From assembly GCA_050246815.1 (NCBI GenBank), contig JBFWVI010000022.1, forward strand, positions 1 to 50,029: a DNA stretch of 50,029 bases, in the 5' to 3' direction. The notes beneath the pieces were generated by a model that worked only from the letters and a program-made list of their open reading frames with translations, ran no database searches and was not told where the DNA came from. The position numbers were made by a program, and so were the translations under genes. Position 1 is the stretch's first letter. The number at the start of each line of letters is the position of its first letter. Below are positions 19,814-29,954 of the stretch, piece by piece. The stretch comes from Bdellovibrionales bacterium. GTDB lineage: Bacteria; Bdellovibrionota; Bdellovibrionia; Bdellovibrionales; UBA1609.

Positions 19814-21202
19814 GTGATGACAGCACAAATTTCAGTGATAGTTCACGGTCCCGTGCAGGCGGCTTCGCTTTCGGCCTGCCTTGACAGTCTGCTGGCACAA
19901 AAACGCGTGGCTTGGATCAAAGAGATTCTGGTGCTTGTCCCGCCTCACGCTCTGACCCATCACAATGCTCTTGCGGTACGCCAACGCAAAGCGCCCGAAT
20001 TGATCAAAATCCTTGTGGGCGATCTGAACTTGGCCTCTCAAGTTGCTCAGGCGCCCTGGGTGGCCTTTTTAGCCAGTGATGGCATTGCCCCAATGGATTG
20101 GCTAGAGCGGCTTTGGAACGCCTTTCAAAAAGCGCAAACCATCAGCCCTTTGGTCGTTGGCGTCGGCGCCCCCACTCGCCTGGTCGACATAGGCGGTTTT
20201 AGCCAGGCGCTGAATATCTTGATGAGCTCGCCTTTCGCTCATTTTTACGATGCCAGGTGGTGGCAGCCTGAATTGGAAACTCAGGTGGACTTCGTGGGCC
20301 TGGACAATGCCCTTTTTCAACGCACAACTTTACGCCGAGTAGGGTGGTTTGAATCTGAGTTCGTTGCCAGCGGCAGCCCCGAAGTTGAACTGGGCCTACG
20401 CCTTAAGGATGAGGGTTCCCTGTTGATGCTTTTCCCCACGCCACTGGTGATGCGACGCGAGCTTTCGAAACCCTCCGCGTGGCTGGCTCGCTGGCGCGAC
20501 TTGGGTCGGGCCCAGGAGTTGGTGGACCGCAAAGTCAGTCCGTCTTGGTCTTGGGCCTCGGGTTGTGCATGGATTTTGGGTGGAATTTTGTTTTTGTCAG
20601 TGCTCGCGCTGCCGTTCAGCAATTGGATGGCATCCACCCTGCTAATTTATCTGTTGATCGTCTTAAATGCGGCAGCCTCGGCGGCATTCCGAGTCAACGA
20701 AGGCCTGCGCACCTTCAGCATTTCAGGCTGGATGCTGACAAGCCACTTCAACTTCACGCGAAGCTATTGGTCAGCACGTTTGATCTTTTGGTCAAAACGG
20801 ATCATGGCCCAAGCCCGTCTGTATTACGGTCAAGCTAGACAGTCGAAGCTTTGGCACCGATATCATGACGCATTTGCAGTCCCGGCCAAGCGACTTTTTG
20901 CGCTTGCGAGTAAGCGTTGCGAAGCGCTTCTGCGCGAGAGCTTCCAACACCAATTGCGTTCAGAACCCGTCCCCCAGCCGTTACCCATGAACCATCCGCT
21001 TGTTGTTCAGTCGCCGCATGCAGAAAGTAACTCGCGGCGGTTTGATATCCAATCTCGCCCGCAATCCGCACTCCTTTTTGTGGTTGATCAGGGTAACCAC
21101 CAGCGGCCAAAACCACACAAGCCAGATGCAGAGGCTGCCACTCCAAGTCTGACAATTCGCCCTTCGCAAGGCGAAGCATCACCTGACCCCAATCGCCCTT
21201 AA
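19814..21202 (+). CDS. Divergent membrane-bound GT2-like protein
   Basis: ISVIV..., LSACLDSL, VAFLASDG, DWLERL, C-terminal TM helices; tail overlaps purD antisense. Confidence 0.65.
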   Translation: MMTAQISVIVHGPVQAASLSACLDSLLAQKRVAWIKEILVLVPPHALTHHNALAVRQRKAPELIKILVGDLNLASQVAQAPWVAFLASDGIAPMDWLERLWNAFQKAQTISPLVVGVGAPTRLVDIGGFSQALNILMSSPFAHFYDARWWQPELETQVDFVGLDNALFQRTTLRRVGWFESEFVASGSPEVELGLRLKDEGSLLMLFPTPLVMRRELSKPSAWLARWRDLGRAQELVDRKVSPSWSWASGCAWILGGILFLSVLALPFSNWMASTLLIYLLIVLNAAASAAFRVNEGLRTFSISGWMLTSHFNFTRSYWSARLIFWSKRIMAQARLYYGQARQSKLWHRYHDAFAVPAKRLFALASKRCEALLRESFQHQLRSEPVPQPLPMNHPLVVQSPHAESNSRRFDIQSRPQSALLFVVDQGNHQRPKPHKPDAEAATPSLTIRPSQGEASPDPNRP

Positions 21203-22106
21203 GCAGAGGCAAAATACTTTGCGCCTCCGGATCACCAAAGCGCACGTTGAACTCCAGCACCGATGGTCCAGAAGGGGTGATCATGAGCCCAACAAATAAG
21301 ACCCCACGATAAAGCAAGCCCATCGACTTCAACGTTTGTACGGCTGGCCCCAAAACTTGCTCGCGAATATGTTCATCCAAATCGAGCGCGATGCTAAGCG
21401 GCGCCACTGTGCCCATTCCGCCGGTGTTGGGCCCCTTGTCTTGATCTTTTAAGCGCTTGTGATCTTGGGCCAAAGGCAAAGAGCGATAGTCTTCTCCGTT
21501 GGTCAAAATCAGGTAGGATAGCTCCCAACCAGGCTGAAACTGCTCAAGCATGGCACGGTCTGCGGCGGCACCCAAAGTTTTCTCTTCAAAGATCTGTCGG
21601 GCGGCGACGCCGAGTTCACTGCGATCTTGGCAAATAAAAACACCCTTACCCGCCGCCAAACCATCTGCCTTCAAAACATACGGCGCAGTAAAGCGATCTG
21701 CCGCGCGCAAAGTATCGTCCACAGAACTCACTTCTAAATACTCCGAAGTGGGAATACCGGCACGAACCATAAACTGTTTCGCAAAAATCTTGCTGGCTTC
21801 CAGCTGGGCCGCTGCACGCGATGGTCCAAAGACTAAAATTCCCGCGGCTCGCAGATCATCCGCTAAACCTGCGGCCAAAGGCGCCTCAGGCCCGATGACG
21901 ACCAAGTCGAAGTTCAAGCGGCGGCAAAGCTCCAAAACCGGGCCACTTTGCATAGAGGGCAAGGCGTGGCACAAAGTTTCACTGGCAATGCCGGCATTAC
22001 CGGGCGCACAGTGAACCTCGCGGACGGAAGCCGAATTTTTCAAGGCTTTCACCAGCGCGTGTTCGCGCCCGCCCTGACCAATCACCAAAACCTTCAAATC
22101 GCTCAT
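20835..22106 (-). CDS. purD: Phosphoribosylamine-glycine ligase
   Basis: GQGGREHAL, GPEAPL, KADGLAAGKGV, QDHKR, NTGGMG, EFNVRFGDPE. Confidence 0.97.
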   Translation of the reverse strand: MSDLKVLVIGQGGREHALVKALKNSASVREVHCAPGNAGIASETLCHALPSMQSGPVLELCRRLNFDLVVIGPEAPLAAGLADDLRAAGILVFGPSRAAAQLEASKIFAKQFMVRAGIPTSEYLEVSSVDDTLRAADRFTAPYVLKADGLAAGKGVFICQDRSELGVAARQIFEEKTLGAAADRAMLEQFQPGWELSYLILTNGEDYRSLPLAQDHKRLKDQDKGPNTGGMGTVAPLSIALDLDEHIREQVLGPAVQTLKSMGLLYRGVLFVGLMITPSGPSVLEFNVRFGDPEAQSILPLLKGDWGQVMLRLAKGELSDLEWQPLHLACVVLAAGGYPDQPQKGVRIAGEIGYQTAASYFLHAATEQQADGSWVTAGGRVLNAIGVGSSRAEALRNAYSQAQKVAWPGLQMRHDIGAKASTV

Positions 22107-22177
22107 GCTTGGGGATGTAGTGCACCCCGATGAGAGAGTCAATTGACCCACGTTAAGATTATCCTTACAGTGTCTTC

Positions 22178-22918
22178 ATGGCAGGCCGTGATTCACTTCT
22201 AAAACTCAACGACAAGACCGTGGCCATCGTGGGCGCGTTCAACACCATGACTCAGATGATCCTGACCCATCTCTCCGAGCAGGGGGCCGATGTGGCCCTG
22301 GTTGGTAAGGAATCGCCCGAAGCCCGTCGCTATGTGGAGCACTTAAACGACCAACGTGAGATTTACCCTCATTACGGACGCGCCGGCGTAATCAACACCG
22401 AACTCAGCAATGACAAAGAAGCCGCTGATTTAGTGGGCCGCGTGGTGCACTCTTTTGGTCGCTTGGACACTTTGGTCGACACCCTGCCTTTGGTACGCAC
22501 CGACCTGACGCTTTCTGAAAGTCTGGCCCAAGAGAGCCTGAAGTTTTTGACCTCGCGACCGCGCAGCCGCCTGATGTGGCTCAGTCCCCATCCTGCCCTT
22601 GAACCCGCGCCCGAAACCGCCAAAACCTTAAGCCGTTGGCGCCAATATTACTCCACCGAATACATTTCTAAAAACTTAACCGCCAACGAACTTGTGATCG
22701 GCGTGTCCGATGAATTTTTGCTGCGCAAATCCCCTAAAAGTCCTTCGATTAAAATGACCTTTGAAGAGTTGAAAAAAACCACGCCCAAAGCACGCATGCT
22801 GGACCCTTCAGAACTGGCGGCTTGGGTGATGTTTTTGTCGAGCCCGTTAAGCCAGGCGGTGAACGGCCAACAGCTGTTTATCGACCACGGGCTCTCAATG
22901 GCTGAAGCCGGCAGATAA
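22178..22918 (+). CDS. Atypical SDR-fold protein
   Basis: LNDKTVAIVG, FGRLDTLV, FLSS....VNGQQLFIDHG; no GxxxGxG or catalytically positioned YxxxK. Confidence 0.7.
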   Translation: MAGRDSLLKLNDKTVAIVGAFNTMTQMILTHLSEQGADVALVGKESPEARRYVEHLNDQREIYPHYGRAGVINTELSNDKEAADLVGRVVHSFGRLDTLVDTLPLVRTDLTLSESLAQESLKFLTSRPRSRLMWLSPHPALEPAPETAKTLSRWRQYYSTEYISKNLTANELVIGVSDEFLLRKSPKSPSIKMTFEELKKTTPKARMLDPSELAAWVMFLSSPLSQAVNGQQLFIDHGLSMAEAGR

Positions 22919-24083
22919 AGGTCCGGATGCGCGGGCTGACGAGTGCCGGACAATCGCGATAACCCTCTAAACGAAAATTCAGCGACAAAGTCTGATCCGC
23001 CGACACATCGATTTGCACGGGCGTCACGTAAGTTGTCAGTTGGCCGTCTTTGTAGATCGCTGCACCCGACGGTACGGTTTGCAATTTCAGTGACAAGATC
23101 TCACCACCCGCGGGTGCGATTGTTGCCCCCTCTGTGATGGCCGCTACGGTTGAGGCTTCTGCTGTGACCGCATCGGCCGCGGCGCCACTTTTGGTCAGTG
23201 CTTTAGAGCTGCCTGGCATCAAAATTTCTTTGACGTCCTTGCTTGTCCACTCTTCCACTTTGGCCTGGCTTTGTTTGATGATCTGCTTCAAATCTGTTTT
23301 CAGCGCGGCGCCCACAGCGGCAGTGCCTTGGGTTTGGAATTGGGTGTAATAGCGCTGCGCTCCTGCCGCGGTGATCACCAGAATCACAAACAGCCAGCGC
23401 TTCCAAGCAAATGGGGGCTGATAGACCGGCAGCGGCGCTAAATCCACTTCGCGATTGCCCGTTAAAATTCCACCCAAAGGATCTTGGGTCGCCACATTTT
23501 GCAATGGAGCCAGTCGCTGCGAAAAGGTCGCTTGTGCATAACCGGGTTTGTCGCGCTTTAAAAAGTTGCCAAGCTCCGTGTGGACGGCTTTGGGTGACAA
23601 GCGGTCCACAGGATTTACGGCCAACATTTTGCTGAGCACGCGGCGAACGTCGGGCGCGAGTTCGCGCGTGGTGGGAAACTGTGGACTTGAAAACTGGCTG
23701 ATCTTTTCGATTAGTTCACCCGGCACGCTATCGGCAAACAGATCACGGCCAAAAAGCAAACGCCAAAACACCAACCCCAAAGCAAAAACATCGCTGGCTG
23801 CGTTGGGTGGCTGATTTTGAATACGTTCCGGGCTTAAATAGCGCAGTCGTTCGGGTGAATCCAAAGAAGTGACTTCCACTTTACCTCGACCCAAACCCAC
23901 AAGGCCGATCTCTCCGTTTGCAGCCACGCTGATCAACGCCGGCGATAAATCGCCAAACAATGTGCTTTGGTCCAATCGGGCGGCCACCTCTTTGATCAAA
24001 TAGATGGTGTCAGCCTGATCGAGCAGACGCCCTTTGCTTCTTAGGGTTTGAAGCAACAGCTGTAACGTGGCGGTTTGTGACAT
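22878..24083 (-). CDS. Truncated Ser/Thr kinase-like protein with TM and C-terminal PEGA domain
   Basis: YLSPE, SDVFALG, DR C-lobe motifs; TM; TVPSGAAIYKDG..TP..L.GY. Confidence 0.75.
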   Translation of the reverse strand: MSQTATLQLLLQTLRSKGRLLDQADTIYLIKEVAARLDQSTLFGDLSPALISVAANGEIGLVGLGRGKVEVTSLDSPERLRYLSPERIQNQPPNAASDVFALGLVFWRLLFGRDLFADSVPGELIEKISQFSSPQFPTTRELAPDVRRVLSKMLAVNPVDRLSPKAVHTELGNFLKRDKPGYAQATFSQRLAPLQNVATQDPLGGILTGNREVDLAPLPVYQPPFAWKRWLFVILVITAAGAQRYYTQFQTQGTAAVGAALKTDLKQIIKQSQAKVEEWTSKDVKEILMPGSSKALTKSGAAADAVTAEASTVAAITEGATIAPAGGEILSLKLQTVPSGAAIYKDGQLTTYVTPVQIDVSADQTLSLNFRLEGYRDCPALVSPRIRTFICRLQPLRARGR

Positions 24084-24109
24084 GATTTAAGCGTGACTCG
24101 AAACCCCGC

Positions 24110-25264
24110 CTAGTTCAAGGGATTGGTCGAGGCGCGACGCAGATACTCTTGAAAGGCCGATTGGGGCCTTAGATTCAACGGATCATGAGAATCAATTTGT
24201 ACACCTTTGCTGACCAGCGCTTCGCGCGCGGCACCAGCCGCCATCAACAGCGGCTCATCTTGTAATCCCAGTAGTTGGCAATTCAGCGGCAAACGACGCC
24301 ACTTGCTTTTCATGCGATCAAACAATGGGCCCTGACCACGCACATTGAGCTGCTGCAATTTCATGTCTTCCAAGGCGAAACGGCCCACTTCATCAATCCA
24401 CTCGTGAAGGACCACCACCAAAGAGTGAGCCAAATCGATTTCACGCGAGCTGATGGGCTGGTCCGCACGACGTGGTCCATCTTGGATCAACGGATCCAAG
24501 CGGGTCCAGTCCGTTTCAAGATTGGGTTCCATCACCAAGATGTCATTGTTCACGCGAAAACGCGCCGACTCTTCGATCTGGAACAATTCCGTCTTGAGCA
24601 TCTCAACAAAGCGCGGATCACCATACTCGGATAGTTGCAAAAATTGACGTTGGCCCATGCGGCCCCGAAAGCCGCAAAAACCGGCTAAATTAGCCACCAA
24701 CAGCTCAAGCGATTGGGGAAATTCCTGCAGCCAAATTGATTCCAAGTTTTTTTCGCGTGCAACCCAAAGGCCCGTGGCCATTTTTGCAAAGGGCATATCG
24801 AAAAGCAAAAAGCCCACATCTTCCATCGGCTTTTGTGAGTAGAGGCCCTGAACAATCGCTTGCTCATCTGCCACCAGCACCACTTCGGGCAATTGCACGG
24901 CCTCACCACCCAATTGCGCAAGTTCGCGCCGAAGTTCGGCACGGAAACGCAGTTCGTGGCGAAGATTCGCCGGTAAAGAGAGCAGGCCTTCGATCCAGCT
25001 TTTTTCTTCAGCGAATTGATTGGCTAAAAAGTCCACCCAGTCGCGGGCATGGCGCGATTGCAAACTGATCACGTCCACTGAGCTTAGATCTTTGACTCCG
25101 GCCTGGTTCAAGCAAAATTGAATCGCTTGCAGCGGCAACGCCGGCCGACGATTGGACATGCGCTCTTCAACCGCGGAGGCCACAACACCCTTAGGATGCA
25201 TCAAGACGGCAGCACCAGCGCGCTGGCCGAGAGACAAACCTAAACTGATTAAGGGGCTGGACAA
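24110..25264 (-). CDS. Degenerate carbamoyltransferase (NodU/CmcH) N-terminal-domain protein
   Basis: AVEERM...PLQAIQFCLNQAG, FPQSL, LSEYGDP, DLAHSL; GAGGAG RBS before TTG. Confidence 0.7.
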   Translation of the reverse strand: MSSPLISLGLSLGQRAGAAVLMHPKGVVASAVEERMSNRRPALPLQAIQFCLNQAGVKDLSSVDVISLQSRHARDWVDFLANQFAEEKSWIEGLLSLPANLRHELRFRAELRRELAQLGGEAVQLPEVVLVADEQAIVQGLYSQKPMEDVGFLLFDMPFAKMATGLWVAREKNLESIWLQEFPQSLELLVANLAGFCGFRGRMGQRQFLQLSEYGDPRFVEMLKTELFQIEESARFRVNNDILVMEPNLETDWTRLDPLIQDGPRRADQPISSREIDLAHSLVVVLHEWIDEVGRFALEDMKLQQLNVRGQGPLFDRMKSKWRRLPLNCQLLGLQDEPLLMAAGAAREALVSKGVQIDSHDPLNLRPQSAFQEYLRRASTNPLN

Positions 25265-25440
25265 AAAAGAAACTCCTCAAGGGGGAAAACAAACTCAGTA
25301 TACCCCAGTTTGAGCTCGCAATCATCAAGACGAAAAAATAATTATATACCTGAAATCACAGGTCTTTTTCGGTTGATGCATAGAATCATTAAGGGCTTGG
25401 CGCAGGTCTTCTCGTCTTCACTTTTCGCCGAAAGTCCAGC

Positions 25441-26721
25441 TTAAAGCTTGCGATCAATGATGATTTTCTCGGCGGCCCCAAACTTCTCGGGTGGCACGTA
25501 AAGCCGATCAATCTGGCGAATCTCTTCGTATTTGGCGAAAATCTGGGTGCCCTCTTGCAGCGGAAACGGCTGACTTTGGCGATCGTATTCGTCGACCACA
25601 AAGATGGTTAGCGCTCGCTCGGTTTCAGAGGCCGTGTGATACTTACTCAAGCGAGCCTGCGAACTGGAGTGAATCACGGGCACGTCCTCGGCCTCCAAGG
25701 TCTTTTTCATTTTTTCTGGTCTGTCGGTGCGGCTGTTGGAATGCAGCTCAAACAACATGCGATAGGGCTTGCGGTCGGCGATCCGACGTGCCCATGGGTT
25801 ATGAACCGACGAAAGATGCTCATAAAGGGCATAGTCCGTGCACTTGATGTAGTCTTCAATGTTGGCAGGCAAAAAGAAGCTGCAGTCATTCGAGGTCAAA
25901 TAACGATGTAAAAGCTCTTCGTAAATAATCGCCTTGTGATGGAAGTACACCATCAGATGCATATGGTGGCGAGCCAACAAAAAATCGTCAAAGGTGTAAA
26001 GGGCGCGGCGGTTCAAGGCCAAATGAACGTTTTGCTCCACACGATGCCAAGTCAAATTGGTCAAAAGCCAGTTCAACTCGACTTTGCCGTAGTTGGTGCC
26101 GCAAAAATACGCGTCACGCTCAAGGTAGTCCATGCGATCCACATCCAACTCGGAACTGACGATCTGACTTAAGATCGTGCGAAAATCCAAACCCTGATCG
26201 CGAAAGAAATCATCCGGGCACTCTAAGGTTTTATCAACCAAGCAGGCCACATGTTGCGGCGTCAGCATCGGAAAATTTTTAAGCAGAGTTTCGGTCAGCG
26301 AAGAATCGGTTAAAAACTTAATGGTGTAGTCTTCGTGATTGGCCTGGCGGTCGGGGCATTTTTCATAAACAGGCACATGCAGCTCATGAAGGGTCGGCAT
26401 GACCTCTTCGGTGGTGTGACTTAAGGGGCCGTGGCCGATATCGTGCAGCAGGGCCGCCAAACGCAAGGCGATACGCAAGCGTTCACGCACCTCGGCTTTC
26501 GAAAATTTATAATTGCGAAAAACACTGTCGAAGGCGAGGCCGGCAAGATGCTCCACGCCAATGGAGTGCAAAAATCGATTGTGCGTCGCCCCAGGAAAGC
26601 TAAACTCCGAAAAGCCCAGCTGCTTAATCGCGCGAAGCCTTTGATAGGCACGGGAATCCAGCAGGGCCACTTCGGCATCGCTCAAATCCAAAGTGCCATG
26701 AATAGGGTCACGAATCTCCAT
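25441..26721 (-). CDS. HD-domain phosphohydrolase (SAMHD1/dNTPase-like)
   Basis: IRDPIHG, QRLRAIKQLG, HNRFLHS, LLHDIGHGPLSH, DVDRMDY. Confidence 0.92.
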   Translation of the reverse strand: MEIRDPIHGTLDLSDAEVALLDSRAYQRLRAIKQLGFSEFSFPGATHNRFLHSIGVEHLAGLAFDSVFRNYKFSKAEVRERLRIALRLAALLHDIGHGPLSHTTEEVMPTLHELHVPVYEKCPDRQANHEDYTIKFLTDSSLTETLLKNFPMLTPQHVACLVDKTLECPDDFFRDQGLDFRTILSQIVSSELDVDRMDYLERDAYFCGTNYGKVELNWLLTNLTWHRVEQNVHLALNRRALYTFDDFLLARHHMHLMVYFHHKAIIYEELLHRYLTSNDCSFFLPANIEDYIKCTDYALYEHLSSVHNPWARRIADRKPYRMLFELHSNSRTDRPEKMKKTLEAEDVPVIHSSSQARLSKYHTASETERALTIFVVDEYDRQSQPFPLQEGTQIFAKYEEIRQIDRLYVPPEKFGAAEKIIIDRKL

Positions 26722-26827
26722 AGGCCCTTTTATCCACCCGAACCTGCCCGGCGTCAAACTGTTCAGCTGGACTGGAGCTTTAGACCCAAAATGCGCTATC
26801 GTCGGCAAAAGAAAACGGGGGTAAGAC

Positions 26828-27622
26828 ATGCAACAATACCACGATCTGTTAGAGCGTGTTTTGAATGAAGGATTCGTCAAGGAAGACCGCACCGGCACCG
26901 GCACCATCAGCGTGTTTGGTCATCAGATGCGCTTTGATCTTGGGGCGGGCTTTCCGTTGGTCACCACCAAAAAAGTCCACACCAAATCCATCATTCACGA
27001 ACTTTTATGGTTTTTGCGCGGAGACACCAACACCAAATACCTCACTGAAAATGGCGTTTCGATATGGAATGAATGGGCCGACGAAAACGGCAACTTGGGC
27101 CGCGTTTACGGTGCCCAGTGGCGCTCGTGGCAAACGCCTGACGGCAAACAGATCGATCAAATTAAAAACGTCGTGGAGCAAATCAAAATCAATCCTGATT
27201 CGCGCCGCTTGTTGGTGGTCGCCTTTAACCCCGGCGAAGTCGAAGGCATGGCGCTGCCGCCTTGCCACGCGTTCTTTCAGTTTTATGTGGCCAAGGGCAA
27301 ACTCTCTTGCCAGATGTATCAACGAAGCGCCGATGTGTTTTTAGGCGTGCCCTTTAATATCGCAAGCTATGCTTTACTAACGATGATGGTGGCGCAAGTC
27401 TGCAACCTTCAGCCCGGTGAATTCATTCACACCTTGGGCGACGCTCACCTCTACAGCAATCACTTGGAGCAAGCACGGCTGCAACTGACCCGCGACATCA
27501 AACCTCTGCCGCGCATGCTGATCAACCCAAGCGTTCACTCCATTTTCGATTTCAAATACGAAGACTTTCAATTGGTCGATTATCAACCCCATCCGCATAT
27601 CAAAGCCGAAGTGGCGGTCTGA
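26828..27622 (+). CDS. thyA: Thymidylate synthase
   Basis: DRTGTGT, ALPPCH, YQRSAD, PFNIASY, HLYSNH. Confidence 0.98.
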   Translation: MQQYHDLLERVLNEGFVKEDRTGTGTISVFGHQMRFDLGAGFPLVTTKKVHTKSIIHELLWFLRGDTNTKYLTENGVSIWNEWADENGNLGRVYGAQWRSWQTPDGKQIDQIKNVVEQIKINPDSRRLLVVAFNPGEVEGMALPPCHAFFQFYVAKGKLSCQMYQRSADVFLGVPFNIASYALLTMMVAQVCNLQPGEFIHTLGDAHLYSNHLEQARLQLTRDIKPLPRMLINPSVHSIFDFKYEDFQLVDYQPHPHIKAEVAV

Positions 27623-28113
27623 TGATGAAGCTCGCGCACATTGCCGCCGCTGACGAAAACAACGTGATCGGCGTCGCCGGGAAACTTCCGTGGAGTATCG
27701 CTGAAGACTTGAAATTCTTCCGCGACACCACTCGCGGTCATGCGGTGATCATGGGACGCAAAACCTTTGAGTCCTTAGGCAAACCTCTACCCAATCGCCT
27801 GAATGTGATCGTCACCCGCCAAACTGATTTTGAAGCACCCGGCGCCGCCGTGGTGGAATCACTTGAGGCCGCTTATCATTATTGTCGCGAGCAAAGCGCC
27901 CAATGGGGCGAACTGGTTTTTATTATTGGCGGTGGTGAAATTTATCAACAATCGCTCAAAGACGTCAGCCTAGTGTATTTAACCCGCGTGCACAGCCGTT
28001 ACAAAGGCGACGCCAAGTATCCCACCCTCAACCCCAGCGAATTCAAAGAAGTCTCCCGCCGCGAACGCAAAGGCGAACCCAACTACACATTCCTAACCTA
28101 TGAAAGAAGGTAG
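27622..28113 (+). CDS. folA: Dihydrofolate reductase
   Basis: LPW...DLKFF, IMGRKTFES, PLPNR, IIGGGEIY. Confidence 0.97.
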   Translation: MMKLAHIAAADENNVIGVAGKLPWSIAEDLKFFRDTTRGHAVIMGRKTFESLGKPLPNRLNVIVTRQTDFEAPGAAVVESLEAAYHYCREQSAQWGELVFIIGGGEIYQQSLKDVSLVYLTRVHSRYKGDAKYPTLNPSEFKEVSRRERKGEPNYTFLTYERR

Positions 28114-28143
28114 GCCCTTCTTTTTCCGTCTGCGTTGCGTTAC
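28108..28143 (+). repeat. REP-like repeat, single arm (copy A)
   Basis: AGGTAGGCCCTTCTTTTTCCGTCTGCGTTGCGTTAC; contains the folA stop codon. Confidence 0.85.
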
Positions 28144-28148
28144 CAAAA

Positions 28149-29837
28149 CTACTGGCAGTTCAAAACATCCGCGGCGTATTGAATCTGATAATCAAAGATC
28201 TGGCTACGTCGTCTGCTATCTTCGTATTTTTGCAGCGCCACGCCTTTTTCCATCACACAGGCCTCGATTTGCGCCACTTGCTCAGGACGTGGCTGCTGCC
28301 AAGCCTCACCCAAGGCATGTAGGGCGTTGGGCATTGCTTCGGCTTCGCGCAGGCGAAATCTTTCTTCTTCCGTCGCCCCCGGCTTAAAGGGAACCGTAAA
28401 GTCTGGGCTGATACCCACAATTTGATTGGTTCGCCCCGAAACAAAATGAAATCGCGCAATCATCGACAAAATCCAGATCTCAGCCACGGCAGGATTAGGA
28501 TGGTCGTAACCTATTGGGCTTAGCACACTGCCCTTGCCAAAGCTTCGCTCACCCAAAATCCACGCACGCTTTTCATCTTGCAAAGATCCGGCAACAATTT
28601 CTGAAGCGCTGCCCGATGAAGCATCAATTACGACCACCAAAGGTAAGTCCGTGATTTTGTCTACGGGGCTGACCAGATCCTCATCTTTCAATATACCACC
28701 CGACATCGCTTTGACATGATCCAATACGCGCTGTCGCATGATTAATTTTTTACCAACAAACAGACCGGCGATACATGCGGCCTCGGCTGTGCTGCCCCCT
28801 GAGTTTTCGCGCAAATCCAAGATCAAACCTTGGGCCTTGGCCTTTTGGTGTTTTAAAATGGCCGTACGCACGTCCTTGCAACTGCTTTTATTTAAGAACG
28901 AGTGCAACCGCATATAACCCAACCGACGACGACCGTCTTCGACCGGACTGCTTTCGACGTTGCCCACTTTGATGGCCCCGCGAACAATACTCGTTTCAAA
29001 TGCAGGTCGCCCCTCGCGCTCAATTAAAAGCTTCACTCTTGAGCCGGCTTTGCCACGCAATTTTTCAACCAACTGGCCCATGGTCAAATCGCTCACGCCA
29101 AACCCATCCACTTTTACAATGGCGTCATTGGTTATCAACTTCGCTTTGGCCGCCGGCCCACCCCTTTGCGGCTTGATGATATACTTGCTGTTAATGTGCG
29201 CAAGTTCGACACCTATGCCAACGAATTGTGTGGTGCCCGCAGTCTTTGTTTGGTCTTCCATCTTTTTACGGGGCACTAAAGAAGCATGGGCCTCTGCAAA
29301 CGAGAAAAACTCGTTAATCGCCGTAGCTGTTTGAAAGCTCTCAAGTTTGGGGTTCAAAACTAAAGGCGTGATCTGATCGAGTAACTTTTCAAAATCGACC
29401 GTTCCGCTGACCGTGACTTGGTCATACGCGGCATACAAGCGCGTCAAATCCTGCTTCTGCTGACTGTACCTTTGGTACAACGAAGGCATTGGCTTGGGTG
29501 CCGACACCGGCTTGATTTGTGCTAAGACAAAATCTCCCAAATCCAATTCTTCCACTTTTACAATTCGGTCCGCATACTCCTGCACCATGCTCTTTGGGAA
29601 AAAGCCTCGCATGGGCTGACCAAATCGTGCCAACGTATCCAAAGCACTTACGCAACCACGCGCGAAAATCAAAGCCTTGTTACAGTTGGAATTAACAATA
29701 ACTCTGATTTTAATGTTGTCGAGTTTAAGCCCGGTTTCGGCCCAATAATCTTCGATGGGCTTTTGCTCCGCTTGGGCCTGGCCGGCAAAGACTAAAGCGG
29801 CCAAAACGAATAAAACCACAGCTTTACGTAGCAGCAT
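28149..29837 (-). CDS. Secreted S41 carboxy-terminal processing protease with PDZ domain
   Basis: Signal peptide; FVGIGV PDZ; DLRENSGG, SGSASEIVAG, FGKGS. Confidence 0.9.
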   Translation of the reverse strand: MLLRKAVVLFVLAALVFAGQAQAEQKPIEDYWAETGLKLDNIKIRVIVNSNCNKALIFARGCVSALDTLARFGQPMRGFFPKSMVQEYADRIVKVEELDLGDFVLAQIKPVSAPKPMPSLYQRYSQQKQDLTRLYAAYDQVTVSGTVDFEKLLDQITPLVLNPKLESFQTATAINEFFSFAEAHASLVPRKKMEDQTKTAGTTQFVGIGVELAHINSKYIIKPQRGGPAAKAKLITNDAIVKVDGFGVSDLTMGQLVEKLRGKAGSRVKLLIEREGRPAFETSIVRGAIKVGNVESSPVEDGRRRLGYMRLHSFLNKSSCKDVRTAILKHQKAKAQGLILDLRENSGGSTAEAACIAGLFVGKKLIMRQRVLDHVKAMSGGILKDEDLVSPVDKITDLPLVVVIDASSGSASEIVAGSLQDEKRAWILGERSFGKGSVLSPIGYDHPNPAVAEIWILSMIARFHFVSGRTNQIVGISPDFTVPFKPGATEEERFRLREAEAMPNALHALGEAWQQPRPEQVAQIEACVMEKGVALQKYEDSRRRSQIFDYQIQYAADVLNCQ

Positions 29838-29914
29838 ACGAACCCCTTGTTGAGACACTAAGTAGCACAAAAGACGCGCCGCATTCAATCCTATATTTTC
29901 GTAATCATTACACA

Positions 29915-29948
29915 AAGGTGCCTGGCACCTTTTGGTTTAGCATTGCGT
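29915..29948 (+). repeat. Left inverted repeat with internal palindrome AAGGTGCC-T-GGCACCTT
   Basis: AAGGTGCCTGGCACCTTTTGGTTTAGCATTGCGT. Confidence 0.92.
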
Positions 29949-29954
29949 CGAAGC

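Noticed and set aside
26722..26907. Long N-terminus of the HD protein overlapping thyA
   Set aside because: The conserved IRDPIHG start places the ATG at 26721.
29866..29881. Possible sigma54 site CGGCGCGTCTTTTGTG before the S41 protease
   Set aside because: The -12 element is GT rather than GC, so it was not counted.
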